From: Chitinophagales bacterium
GTDB taxonomy: Bacteria > Bacteroidota > Bacteroidia > Chitinophagales > CAIODY01
Direction of reading: 5' to 3'
Length of the DNA stretch: 64,000 nt
Assembly (NCBI GenBank): GCA_947452995.1
Contig: CANGEV010000012.1
Coordinates: forward strand, 4,848-68,847
The notes beneath the pieces were generated by a model. The model ran no database searches and was not told the origin of the DNA. It saw only the letters and a program-made list of their open reading frames with translations. Of this stretch, positions 1 to 9,549 are shown piece after piece; positions within the stretch are counted from its first letter, which is position 1, and every line of letters begins with the position of its first letter. The position numbers and the translations under genes were made by a program.

Positions 1-1
1 T

Positions 2-490
2 AGCGAATTTGAATTCAGCAATACCATCTACAACTTCTATGTCCATCCGCAATGGGATAATTTCGGAGCAGAAAATCTTTATATAAAAATCCTTTTCGCG
101 GACTATACCAAACATTTCATGGTTATTGAAATGATTGGTGAATGGAATGACTGCATTACGAATGATATCATGACGTTTAAACGCGATTTCATCGACCCTT
201 TCATCGAACACGGTATTTATAAGTTTGTGCTTATCGGCGAAAACGTTTTGAATTTCCATTATAGCGATGATTGTTATTATGAAGAATGGTATGAAGACAT
301 TCGCGATAATGGGGGTTGGATTGCTGCACTCAATTTCAGAGAACATGTTTTAGAAGAAATGTACAAAGCAGGTATCCATCGCTATGTTCTCTTGAATAAA
401 CCAGAAGAAGAAATTCTGTGGCGTAACCAAAAGCCGTTTACTTTTCATAAGTTAATTGAAGAGAACTTAATGCCACGATTACTCCACTAA
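2..490 (+). CDS. hypothetical protein, 5' end probably outside window
   Basis: The frame is open from the window edge, with no stop in codons 2-118 before the first ATG at 119. The product is rich in acidic and aromatic residues, and I recognise no family motif. Confidence 0.5.
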   Translation, partial: SEFEFSNTIYNFYVHPQWDNFGAENLYIKILFADYTKHFMVIEMIGEWNDCITNDIMTFKRDFIDPFIEHGIYKFVLIGENVLNFHYSDDCYYEEWYEDIRDNGGWIAALNFREHVLEEMYKAGIHRYVLLNKPEEEILWRNQKPFTFHKLIEENLMPRLLH

Positions 491-521
491 TAAGCCGTTT
501 GTATTTCTTATCTTCGCGCTA

Positions 522-1940
522 ATGTTAGCGATTGTATTTACGGATTTTGAACGCGAGCTATTTACCAGAATTGGTCAATGCGCCGATACTTTAAACTACC
601 CTTGCTTTATAATGGGTGGCTTTGTACGTGATAAATTATTGCATCGCCAAACAAAAGACATGGACATTATGGTCGTAGGTAGCGGTGTTCATTTTGCTGA
701 GACCTTAAAGGATAAAGAATTTCCGAACGGTCATTTATCGGTGTATCGCAACTTCGGAACAGCACTCATCAAAGAAGAAGGCCTTGAGATTGAATTCGTA
801 GGAGCACGGAAAGAGTCCTACAGAAGTAACTCTCGTAAGCCTATCGTAGAAGAAGGTTCTATGGAGGACGATTTAAGCCGACGCGACTTCACCATCAATG
901 CAATGGGCATCTGCTTGAATCAAGATCGTTTTGGCGAGCTAGTCGATTTATTCGAAGGGCAAAAAGACTTACAAGATCAAATCATACGAACGCCATTAGA
1001 GCCTGCATTAACCTTCTCCGACGACCCTTTACGCATGTTACGCGCGATTCGCTTCGCCACACGTCTTGGATTCCAAATCGAAGAAAATACATGGAAAGGT
1101 ATTTGCGAGAGCGCAGAACGTATCAACATAATTTCGCAAGAAAGAATCACGGACGAACTAAATAAAATCATCCTTTGCGGCAAACCTTCACGTGGTTTTG
1201 AATTGCTCGATCAATGCGGACTTTTACAACATATCTTCCCAGAATTCGTCGCTTTAAAAGGCGCCGAATATGTAGATGGCAAAGGACATAAAGATAATTT
1301 TACGCATACCTTGCAAGTGCTCGACAATATTTGTTTGGCCTCCAACGACCTTTGGTTGCGTTGGGCTGCTATCCTACACGATATCGCAAAGCCCGCTACC
1401 AAACGTTTCGACAAGAAAACAGGCTGGACCTTCCACGGGCACGAAGTTGTAGGCGCGCGGATGGTACCGAAGATTTTTGGTAGAATGAAATTACCACTCG
1501 ACGAAAAAATGCGCTTCGTTAAAAAATTGGTATTCCTTCACCTACGTCCTATTTCACTTACGAAAGACAATATCACCGACAGCGCCGTTCGCCGTTTACT
1601 TTTCGAAGCCGGTGAAGATATCGATTACCTAATGAAATTATGTGAGTCGGATATCACCTCCAAAAACCGACAAAAGGTAATTCGTTATCTCGAAAACTTC
1701 GAGCTAGTAAAGCAGCGAATGAAAGAGGTCGAAGAGAAAGATCATCTTCGTAACTGGCAGCCTCCTGTTAGCGGTGAACTCATCATGAAAACCTTCAAAA
1801 TTAATCCTGGTCCTATTGTAGGACGGATCAAAGATGATATTCGTGAACAGATCTTAGATGGTAAAATTCCAAACACCTATGAAGCAGCCCTTGCATTGAT
1901 GCATAAACTTGCAGAGGCAGAAGGAATTAGCCTTCGTTAA
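522..1940 (+). CDS. cca: CCA-adding enzyme / tRNA nucleotidyltransferase (poly(A) polymerase family) with HD domain
   Basis: 472 aa. It has the class-II nucleotidyltransferase head motifs GGFVRD..DMDI and RRDFTINAM, followed by an HD-domain signature (ILHDIAKP). Confidence 0.8.
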   Translation: MLAIVFTDFERELFTRIGQCADTLNYPCFIMGGFVRDKLLHRQTKDMDIMVVGSGVHFAETLKDKEFPNGHLSVYRNFGTALIKEEGLEIEFVGARKESYRSNSRKPIVEEGSMEDDLSRRDFTINAMGICLNQDRFGELVDLFEGQKDLQDQIIRTPLEPALTFSDDPLRMLRAIRFATRLGFQIEENTWKGICESAERINIISQERITDELNKIILCGKPSRGFELLDQCGLLQHIFPEFVALKGAEYVDGKGHKDNFTHTLQVLDNICLASNDLWLRWAAILHDIAKPATKRFDKKTGWTFHGHEVVGARMVPKIFGRMKLPLDEKMRFVKKLVFLHLRPISLTKDNITDSAVRRLLFEAGEDIDYLMKLCESDITSKNRQKVIRYLENFELVKQRMKEVEEKDHLRNWQPPVSGELIMKTFKINPGPIVGRIKDDIREQILDGKIPNTYEAALALMHKLAEAEGISLR

Positions 1941-1941
1941 T

Positions 1942-2724
1942 ATGACAAAAAAAGAGAAGACAATAAAGTCGCTACTTGATAAGGCGTATGAAAATTATGC
2001 GCATCAAGGATTTATTGAATTCGACCCTATTCAAATCCCACATCGTTTCTCCTTAAAACAAGATATCGAAATAGCAGGATTCTTCGCCGCTATTTTCGCA
2101 TGGGGCCAAAGAAAGACAATCATCGCCAAATGCGCTGAACTACTATTGCGCATGGATAATGCTCCATACGACTTCGTCATTCATCACTCTAAAAAAGAAC
2201 TCAAAGGCTTAGAAAGCTTCGTACATCGCACTTTTAATGGAACCGATCTTTTATACACAATCGACTTTTTAAATCGTCATTATAATAAATTTGAAAGCCT
2301 AGAAGATGCGTTCGTCCCGCAAAAAAACTATAACAGCTTAGATACAGGTCTTGCGCTGATTCACTTTCATCAACAATTCACTACTTCGGAATACTTCCCA
2401 AAGCGAACCGCCAAACATATTGCCTCACCGGCCAAAAATTCCTCGTGCAAAAAACTAAATATGTACCTCCGTTGGATGTGCCGAACAGAATCAGAGGGAA
2501 TCGACTTCAATATTTGGCATAAAATAAAACCGTCTCAATTGGTTTGCCCACTAGATGTCCATGTCATGCGCGTTTCAGAAAAAATCGAACTTTGTGATTT
2601 CGGCACTAACGCTTGGGACAACGCCTTAAAGTTAAGTACTCAACTAAAAAAATTTGATGCTCAAGATCCAATCAAATACGATCTCGCGTTATTTAGTCTC
2701 GGTGCTGATGGCTTGTACAAATAA
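1942..2724 (+). CDS. TIGR02757/DUF2400-family conserved hypothetical protein
   Basis: The ATG at 1942 lies 1 nt after the cca stop (TAATATG); the ORF-track start at 1909 would overlap cca. Motifs FAWGQRK and CPLDVHV fit my memory of this family. Confidence 0.6.
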   Translation: MTKKEKTIKSLLDKAYENYAHQGFIEFDPIQIPHRFSLKQDIEIAGFFAAIFAWGQRKTIIAKCAELLLRMDNAPYDFVIHHSKKELKGLESFVHRTFNGTDLLYTIDFLNRHYNKFESLEDAFVPQKNYNSLDTGLALIHFHQQFTTSEYFPKRTAKHIASPAKNSSCKKLNMYLRWMCRTESEGIDFNIWHKIKPSQLVCPLDVHVMRVSEKIELCDFGTNAWDNALKLSTQLKKFDAQDPIKYDLALFSLGADGLYK

Positions 2725-2747
2725 ACAATTTAACGTAGTTTAGTTTT

Positions 2748-3677
2748 ATGCGAAACGCACTCTTACTTCTTCTAAGCATCTTAAGCTTCAACGGCTTTTC
2801 TCAAGCCTTACCTACCACCAAGATTTTATTTTTTCCGGTGAACTATTCTCCGAATTATAACATCTTCATGCTGTCCGAACCCCTTAATTTAACGAGCTTT
2901 CATGGTTATAATAATCAACCTAGCTTCCATGCAAATGGCTCCATGATAGATTACGTTTCAATACGAGAAGACAAGCAAGCCGATATTTATCGCTACGATT
3001 TTAAGGCCCAACAAACACAGCGTATTACAAGCACCACTACTTATAAGGAATACTCACCTCGTTGGTCGGCAGACGAAAAAACATTCACTGTTGTACGTGT
3101 CGAACCAGACGATAGCACGCAATATTTATGGCGCTATAACACAGATGGTACTCCATTAAAACAACTCTCTAAAATCAATCCAGTAGGCTATTATACACCA
3201 TTTAATAAAAATGCATTTGGGCTATTTGTGCTCAACAAAAAAGGGGGTGATTTGTATTTATTGAACGCAAAAGGTATCGTACGAAAAGTAGATGAAAATA
3301 TTGGTCGTTGCTTGCTTCCCATTCATAATAAAGAAACAGATACCACCTTCTACTATGTCAGTAAAAAAGCTTATCCCGATTCCAATTATCATGTGATGGA
3401 ATGTAATACCAGAGGGCAAATCAGACAAGTTGGTATTTTACCAAAAGGTACGGAAGATTTCTGCATAGGACCAAACCGTATGCTTTGTTTCGGCTACGAA
3501 CATAAGCTCTATGCGATGCCGATCGGTGACGGATTAATTCATGCTTTAACAGAAGCCTATTTCATTGCAGATTTTAGCACGAAGCCTTGGGCAAATTTTT
3601 ATCGCTTAAACTATTATGAAGAAAAACCTGGAGCAGGGTATTTCGCCGTAGTAGTGTATGAAGGCGAAAAGCCATAA
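2748..3677 (+). CDS. secreted hypothetical protein, possible PD40/TolB-like beta-propeller
   Basis: It has a signal peptide (LLLLLSILSFNGFSQA) and a PD40-like motif YSPRWSADEKTF. Function is unknown. Confidence 0.55.
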   Translation: MRNALLLLLSILSFNGFSQALPTTKILFFPVNYSPNYNIFMLSEPLNLTSFHGYNNQPSFHANGSMIDYVSIREDKQADIYRYDFKAQQTQRITSTTTYKEYSPRWSADEKTFTVVRVEPDDSTQYLWRYNTDGTPLKQLSKINPVGYYTPFNKNAFGLFVLNKKGGDLYLLNAKGIVRKVDENIGRCLLPIHNKETDTTFYYVSKKAYPDSNYHVMECNTRGQIRQVGILPKGTEDFCIGPNRMLCFGYEHKLYAMPIGDGLIHALTEAYFIADFSTKPWANFYRLNYYEEKPGAGYFAVVVYEGEKP

Positions 3678-3681
3678 AAAA

Positions 3682-3724
3682 AGTCCTCACCAGAACAACA
3701 TGCATTGTTATTTCAGTGAGGACT
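3682..3724. terminator. bidirectional hairpin terminator between convergent genes
   Basis: A 9-bp stem (AGTCCTCAC at 3682-3690, GTGAGGACT at 3716-3724) is preceded by an A-run. It sits between the stops of the 2748..3677 (+) and 3742..4437 (-) genes. Confidence 0.55.
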
Positions 3725-3741
3725 TATACTGTCTTACCAAA

Positions 3742-4437
3742 TTACATTTTTAACAACATTGGACGAAGCTCCAAATCCACAGGAAGCAGATTAGCAGGTG
3801 TTTGCAAGCAATACACCACTCCATTTGCAATATCTTGTGGCTGCATGAAATTATCATTCACTTGCACCGTTGGATAATGCACAAAGAAATCTGTTTTTAC
3901 GGAGCCTGGATAGATACAAGTTACTTTTACATTGAAAGGACGAGCCTCTTTAAATAAAGAGGAAGAAAAGCCTCTTACAGCGTGCTTCGAGGCACAGTAA
4001 ACAGAACCTTCAGGAATACCATTTGTGGCTGCTATTGAAGCTATATTAATGATATGACCTAACTTACGTTCTTTCATATGGGGCAGAACGACTTTCGTCA
4101 CAAAGAACACGCCCATAACATTTGTTTGCATCATTTCAGTCATCTCCTCAATGGTCAATTCATCAAACAGTCTGAAATACCCTAATCCTGCATTATTTAC
4201 CAGAACATCAATACCTGCGGGTGCAATGGCCAATGTTGCTTGCATCGCAGCCTCTACCGAAGTATAATTTCCAACATCGCATTTCACAAAATGAAAATGC
4301 GGATGACTGATAGCAGCAGGTGCTGATCTACCCCATCCAATCACATGCATATCTTGCGCCAACAAGGCTTCGACCGTAGCCAAGCCAATTCCTTTACTTA
4401 CGCCAGTAACAATGGCTGTTTTGTTTTTTAATTCCAT
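3742..4437 (-). CDS. SDR-family oxidoreductase (short-chain dehydrogenase/reductase)
   Basis: Motifs TGVSKGIG (cofactor binding), NNAG, and the YCASK catalytic YxxxK. I prefer the internal ATG at 4437 (MELKNKTAIVTG) over the ORF-track start at 4458. Confidence 0.8.
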   Translation of the reverse strand: MELKNKTAIVTGVSKGIGLATVEALLAQDMHVIGWGRSAPAAISHPHFHFVKCDVGNYTSVEAAMQATLAIAPAGIDVLVNNAGLGYFRLFDELTIEEMTEMMQTNVMGVFFVTKVVLPHMKERKLGHIINIASIAATNGIPEGSVYCASKHAVRGFSSSLFKEARPFNVKVTCIYPGSVKTDFFVHYPTVQVNDNFMQPQDIANGVVYCLQTPANLLPVDLELRPMLLKM

Positions 4438-4470
4438 ATTGTAAAGGTAAAAAAGCAAGTGTTATAAAAC

Positions 4471-4503
4471 AAAAAAGCCCCCCTTCCGTTTAGGAAGGAG
4501 GGC
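4471..4503 (-). terminator. rho-independent terminator of the 665-aa T9SS cargo gene
   Basis: The minus strand reads GCCCTCCTTCC-taaac-GGAAGGGGGGC (one mismatch) followed by a T-run. It lies 25 nt downstream of the stop at 4528. Confidence 0.65.
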
Positions 4504-4527
4504 TTTAAAATATAATTCGTTAAACGA

Positions 4528-6525
4528 TTACTTAGTAACGTTTAAGTTTCTTACATAAGTAACACCATTAACTGTCAATGCTACGAAGTAAGCACCAGCA
4601 GTCATGTTGTCTGTATTAACTTTTACTTGTGTAGCACCATTTACATTACCCAAGTTTTGTTGGTAAGCAACTTGACCAGAGAAATTATAAACAGAAACAT
4701 ACGCTTTACCGTTAGCGTTGAAGTTAACATTCACATCACCACCATTTACCAAGTTTGGAACTACATTCATATTGATATCAGCAGCTTCAACAGCTTCAAC
4801 ACCAGTTGTGTAGTGGAACTTAGTTTCGCTAGCGTTGTAAACAACACCAGTAGTAGCGTCGATAGCCATGATAACAATGTGCATGTTATCTTGGTTTTGA
4901 TCAGTAGGGATTGTGTAGTTGAAAGTATGCGTTGCAGTATAACCATCAACGATTGGACCAGCTACAGAACCAGCATCACCATCATAGTTACCACTCAACA
5001 AAGCACGACCTACGTGATCGTAGTACATGTTTGCAGCAGGCACTGGAGATGGTTCAGTTTGCCAGTTATGACCAGCACCGTTCAATGCTTGGTTAGCTTG
5101 TGTAGAAGAGTAGTAGTTAGTTTGGTTGTAACCAGCGTCTGTTCCGTGAACATCATCTTCAACCATTACAGCTAACAAATTGATAGTGCTAGAGATAGTT
5201 GTTTTGAATGCTGCAGATGCATTGATAGTCAAAGCACGTGTAGATTTATTGAAAGTCATGTTACAGCTAGTAGCAACAGGAGCAACTAAAGTAGACATTA
5301 CTGAATATAAATTATCAAATCCAGTGTTAGAAACGCTTTCACCTAATAATAAACGATCAACGTTTGCACCAGGGAAACCAGAGAAGTTAGCACCATTATC
5401 ATACGCAGTAACAGTCATTGGATCTCCGTTATGTACAGCGATACCGATGAACGTTCCGTCAGTGTGCTTGTTATCCATGTATTCCATTGCAACAGCACCA
5501 CGTGGGCACCATCCACACCATGTACCAGTACCTTCTTCAAATACTGTATTTTTTGCAGGAGGATTAGCTACTGTAGAAATTACAGCAGAACCAGCATTGT
5601 TTGTGATATCGCTTTCAGTAGCACCACTGTTTACAGACGTGATAGCTGCGTTGATAGTATATTCACCAGTCATTGACTTATTGAAAGGAATCGTGTGGTT
5701 GAAAGTATAAGTTCCATAAGGAGCCAAGTTCAAACTACTGAAAGTAGCTGAATTAGGAGCACCACCGTCAGTCCAAGAAATTGTCAAATCAGAGATAGGA
5801 GCTCCGTTATTGTAAACATCACCAGAAATAGTAACGTTTGTATTTGTTTTTTCAAAACGGAATTGGCTCAAGCCAACCATTTGCGCATCAATGTTAGTGA
5901 TAGAAGTAACGTTGATATCATCAATCCACAAGATATACATATCGTTAGATTTGTTAACGAAAGCAACATTGATTGATTGACCAGCGTAAGCAGCTAAGCT
6001 GATAGCATGCTTAACGAAGCCAGAACTTCCTTCAGCAGCGATACTAGTTAAAGTAGATGTGAAGTTAGCTGAAGACGCTGCACCTGTAGTAGAGATCATT
6101 ACATCATACCCATCAGAATATTGAGGATCTAATGCAAGACCTTCCCATACTAAATAATCAGTTGCACCTGGAGTGAATGATGGAGACATCATCCAGTCGT
6201 TTGATTGACCAGCAGGATTGTACCAAGAGATAGACTGAGCAACCGTATCAAACGTTGTACCAGCTTGATTCGTAGCAAAACGGCGAGAGATCCAACCGTT
6301 AGTTCCCATGTAAGCTAAATCGGCTTGCGTTGTAGAGTACGGCGTTTTACCATCCAAGCTGATTTGAGACCAACCAGTTGGCATACCACCAGTAGTTACA
6401 GAACCACCAGTAGCTGTTGTACTTGTAGTTAAAGTTAAACCTGAGAAGGTTTCGCTCAATTGCGCACTAGCTGCGAAAGGCAACATCGCACACAATAGAG
6501 AAAGAAGGCGTAAATTCTTTTTCAT
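4528..6525 (-). CDS. T9SS-secreted protein: choice-of-anchor-J-like N-domain + thioredoxin-like (Omp28-related) CxxC domain + type A C-terminal sorting domain
   Basis: Signal peptide (LPFAASAQ). The N-domain has GWSQISLDG...NDWMMSP. The motif TGTWCGWCPRG is encoded at about 5499-5531. The C-terminus (VVPNLVNGG...GAYFVALTVNG...NLNVTK) is typical of a T9SS type A CTD. Confidence 0.75.
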   Translation of the reverse strand: MKKNLRLLSLLCAMLPFAASAQLSETFSGLTLTTSTTATGGSVTTGGMPTGWSQISLDGKTPYSTTQADLAYMGTNGWISRRFATNQAGTTFDTVAQSISWYNPAGQSNDWMMSPSFTPGATDYLVWEGLALDPQYSDGYDVMISTTGAASSANFTSTLTSIAAEGSSGFVKHAISLAAYAGQSINVAFVNKSNDMYILWIDDINVTSITNIDAQMVGLSQFRFEKTNTNVTISGDVYNNGAPISDLTISWTDGGAPNSATFSSLNLAPYGTYTFNHTIPFNKSMTGEYTINAAITSVNSGATESDITNNAGSAVISTVANPPAKNTVFEEGTGTWCGWCPRGAVAMEYMDNKHTDGTFIGIAVHNGDPMTVTAYDNGANFSGFPGANVDRLLLGESVSNTGFDNLYSVMSTLVAPVATSCNMTFNKSTRALTINASAAFKTTISSTINLLAVMVEDDVHGTDAGYNQTNYYSSTQANQALNGAGHNWQTEPSPVPAANMYYDHVGRALLSGNYDGDAGSVAGPIVDGYTATHTFNYTIPTDQNQDNMHIVIMAIDATTGVVYNASETKFHYTTGVEAVEAADINMNVVPNLVNGGDVNVNFNANGKAYVSVYNFSGQVAYQQNLGNVNGATQVKVNTDNMTAGAYFVALTVNGVTYVRNLNVTK

Positions 6526-6646
6526 TGTTATTCACATTTGTTTTAGGGTGGCAAAATAGTGAAAAATTGACAAATTCCTAACAATTAAATGAATTTAAAG
6601 AACCAATTTTAACTGTTTTTCGTATATTTGGACAAACAACTGAACA

Positions 6647-7378
6647 ATGAAGCTAAAATCTACTCTTCTATTGGCTATACTAGTCACATTCGCTTCTTCT
6701 TTTCGTGCAAATGCGCAAAGTATTTCATTCACTGACGCAGGCACATCCACTAACGTGTCAGGCTACAATTCGGATTATGACGTCGCAATCTTAGATACTT
6801 TAATGAGTACTTATTCTGGCACTAAACAAGTGACCTGGTCGATTGTAAAGGTAAGTGGTCCTTCACAATGGTCGTTTACTAATTGTGACCCTGCATCTTG
6901 CTATTCTGCCCAGTCGCCTTACAACTATCTAAGTAACTCAACCACCAATACCCCTTGGGCAATTACTCCTAACGCGAGCGGTGTATTTACATTCCATGTA
7001 GTGCTTCATAGTATCGCGGGAAACGGCACTTACAAATTAACAGCATGGGTAGATGGTGATAGCGTAAACACAGCAGTGAGTCGTATGTTGAATATTACAG
7101 TAACACAGGCAATCGGAATTAATAAAGTTGCAACTCCTGAAGTAAAATTATATCCAATTCCAGCAAATGATGTTTTAAATGTTGATCTTAATAATTTCAA
7201 CAATGCAAAACGTATTGAAATTTACAATTTAATAGGCTCAAAGATGGGGAGCTACCCTGTTGATGGCGACAGCAACAACAATATCCCTGTAAACAACCTA
7301 AACAGCGGTATGTACTTCGTAAAAGTAATGGATGCACGTAATGGCATTCTAACAACTAAGACCTTCCAAAAACGTTAA
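6647..7378 (+). CDS. T9SS type A C-terminal-domain protein, function unknown
   Basis: Signal peptide (FRANAQ). The C-terminal roughly 80 aa (KLYPIPANDVLNV...GMYFVKVMD...TKTFQKR) match the CTD pattern. Confidence 0.7.
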   Translation: MKLKSTLLLAILVTFASSFRANAQSISFTDAGTSTNVSGYNSDYDVAILDTLMSTYSGTKQVTWSIVKVSGPSQWSFTNCDPASCYSAQSPYNYLSNSTTNTPWAITPNASGVFTFHVVLHSIAGNGTYKLTAWVDGDSVNTAVSRMLNITVTQAIGINKVATPEVKLYPIPANDVLNVDLNNFNNAKRIEIYNLIGSKMGSYPVDGDSNNNIPVNNLNSGMYFVKVMDARNGILTTKTFQKR

Positions 7379-7390
7379 GATTTATAATTC

Positions 7391-7427
7391 AAAAAAAATC
7401 CCCTTCCTACCGAAGGGGATTTTTTTT
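7391..7427 (+). terminator. rho-independent terminator
   Basis: A8 run, then stem TCCCCTTC, loop ctacc, stem GAAGGGGA, then T8. It begins 13 nt after the stop at 7378. Confidence 0.8.
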
Positions 7428-7460
7428 GCCCATACCTATAAATTGCATATATTCAGTTGC

Positions 7461-9548
7461 ATGAAATCAGTAGTAGCCACCTTACTAACATTTATACTTA
7501 TTCAGATAGGGCATGCGCAAACCTTCGTCAGAAATCCAAACCTCACAATCCCAGATGCAGGAGGATTTAATAATATGGCTATTGATTCCATTACCTTAAA
7601 TGGATTACCATCCCAGTCGAATAGCGCCTTCGGATTAATGGATATTGGCATTGACATAAGTCACTCGTATGATGGTGATTTAAGCATTTGGATAAAATCA
7701 CCAAGTGGCCAGGAAATAGCTTTAGTGCGTAACAATGGGGGTAGTGGCAGCAATTTCGCTAACACACATTTCAATTGTCAAAATACGCCGCATATATACC
7801 TTGCAACTCCACCCTATGCTGGCACTTATCAAGCGACGCAATGGGTCGGAGTTTTCAATCAAGGAGCTAATCCTAACGGGAAATGGTTTATAAAAGTTTC
7901 AGATTGTTGCGCACAAGATATTGGCACTTTAATAAGTTGGAGCTTAACCTTCAGCACTACCCCTTGCATCCCATTATCTGATAGTAGCACATTGCCTATA
8001 ATAAGCATCAACTCCGGTTCAAACTATATTGTCGATGAACCTAAAACAGCATGTACTATTAGCATCATCGATCATTCTTCGGGAATAAATCACGCTACGG
8101 ATCCGCCACAAATGAATCTCAATGCAGGAATCGAATTTAGAGGAAGTTCTTCTCAAGGGTTTCCCGCAAAGCCCTATGCAGTGCAAATTTGGGATGCACA
8201 ACAAAATGAATTAGACACCTCCCTCCTTGGTTTTCCTAAAGGCCATAATTGGATTTTCTATCCCCCTTTTAATGACAAAAGCCTACTCCGCAATGTACTT
8301 ACCTACAAGCTATCCAATGAAATGGGGCATTATGCGAGCAGGACCAAATTCTTCGAATTATATGTGAATGGAAATTATGAAGGTATCTACGTATTAATGG
8401 AGAAAATAGGCCGTGACAATAAACGAGTGGACATTTCAAAAAACGACAGTAGCTCCCTTACCTATCCTGCCATCAGTGGTGGCTATATTTTTAAAATCGA
8501 TAAATCTACTGGAGTTCAAAACGCTGGATGGAACGGACAGACGCTCTTATGCGATACTCCAAGTAACAGTCAACAAAATCTGTACTATCAATACGACTAT
8601 CCTAGTTCTACAAGGATCTTACCGCAACAAGCAAACTATATCCAAGGTATTGTTACTGCCTTCGAAAACTCGATTCGCTATTTCTCCCCTTATGATACCG
8701 TAAATGGCTATCGAAAGTATATTAGCGCAAAATCGTTTATTGATCATTCTATTATGGTTGAATTAAGTCGTAATATCGATGGCTACCGACTTAGCAGCTA
8801 TTACCACAAAGATAGAGATGATAAAGATGCACGTATAAAAGCTGGTCCTGTTTGGGACTATAACCTCTCCTACGGCAATGGCGACTATTTATTGGCTACT
8901 GATTGTACCGTATGGCAATGGGATATGCTTTGCCCCGACAACCCTGTTTGGTGGCGCCATTTTTTTGAACAAGACACGCTCTATCGCAACGAATATAAAT
9001 GCAGATACAGTAATCTTCGCCAAACAATTCTTGACAGTACACATATCACACATTTGATCGATTCCTTTGTGCAAGTGGTGCAAGTGCCGCAGCAGAAGCA
9101 CTATACTCGTTGGCCCATTTTAGGCTATTATGTATGGCCTAATGCCTATTATCCACCGACATTCACCGAAGAAATTGATACATTAAAACATTGGATCAAC
9201 CATCGACTGAAATGGATGGACCAAATGCTTTTCGATTCGAGTTGTTTACCAAAACTAACCGGCATTAAATATATTAGTCAGACTACAACAGAAACTTCCT
9301 ATAAAATATATCCGAATCCTGCCGTTAAGGGCGCCGCAATATATTTGCAAAGCAACAATAGCTTGGGAGGATATTGCATGATTTACAATGCGCTAGGAAT
9401 GCTTGTCGCACGCTTACCTATCCATTCTACTCTAACGGATTTAGGCCCCTATTTTAATCAGGTAAGTGAAGGCGTATATTGGATTCAGGTTAGCAACTTG
9501 GATAGACTCTCGACTACCCAACGGATTGTACTTGAAAAAGCCCCTTAA
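7461..9548 (+). CDS. secreted proprotein-convertase P-domain + CotH kinase-family domain + T9SS type A CTD protein
   Basis: The ATG at 7461 gives a signal peptide (MKSVVATLLTFILIQIGHAQ); the ORF-track start at 7443 is TTG. P-domain motifs: SHSYDGDLSIWIKSPSG, GKWFIKVSD, GTLISWSLTF. A CotH-like core follows (LRNVLTYKLSNEMG...FELYVNGNYEGIYVLMEKI). The CTD reads YKIYPNPAVKG...GVYWIQV. Confidence 0.75.
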   Translation: MKSVVATLLTFILIQIGHAQTFVRNPNLTIPDAGGFNNMAIDSITLNGLPSQSNSAFGLMDIGIDISHSYDGDLSIWIKSPSGQEIALVRNNGGSGSNFANTHFNCQNTPHIYLATPPYAGTYQATQWVGVFNQGANPNGKWFIKVSDCCAQDIGTLISWSLTFSTTPCIPLSDSSTLPIISINSGSNYIVDEPKTACTISIIDHSSGINHATDPPQMNLNAGIEFRGSSSQGFPAKPYAVQIWDAQQNELDTSLLGFPKGHNWIFYPPFNDKSLLRNVLTYKLSNEMGHYASRTKFFELYVNGNYEGIYVLMEKIGRDNKRVDISKNDSSSLTYPAISGGYIFKIDKSTGVQNAGWNGQTLLCDTPSNSQQNLYYQYDYPSSTRILPQQANYIQGIVTAFENSIRYFSPYDTVNGYRKYISAKSFIDHSIMVELSRNIDGYRLSSYYHKDRDDKDARIKAGPVWDYNLSYGNGDYLLATDCTVWQWDMLCPDNPVWWRHFFEQDTLYRNEYKCRYSNLRQTILDSTHITHLIDSFVQVVQVPQQKHYTRWPILGYYVWPNAYYPPTFTEEIDTLKHWINHRLKWMDQMLFDSSCLPKLTGIKYISQTTTETSYKIYPNPAVKGAAIYLQSNNSLGGYCMIYNALGMLVARLPIHSTLTDLGPYFNQVSEGVYWIQVSNLDRLSTTQRIVLEKAP

Positions 9549-9549
9549 A

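Noticed and set aside
4627-5710. Long antisense ORFs (182 aa at 4627..5175, 176 aa at 5180..5710, 81 aa at 5431..5676) opposite the 665-aa T9SS cargo gene
   Set aside because: They lie entirely within a well-supported minus-strand gene. Their low-complexity S/T/V/I-rich products are typical shadow ORFs produced by the codon composition of T/N/G/A-rich surface proteins. They have no independent start context or motifs.
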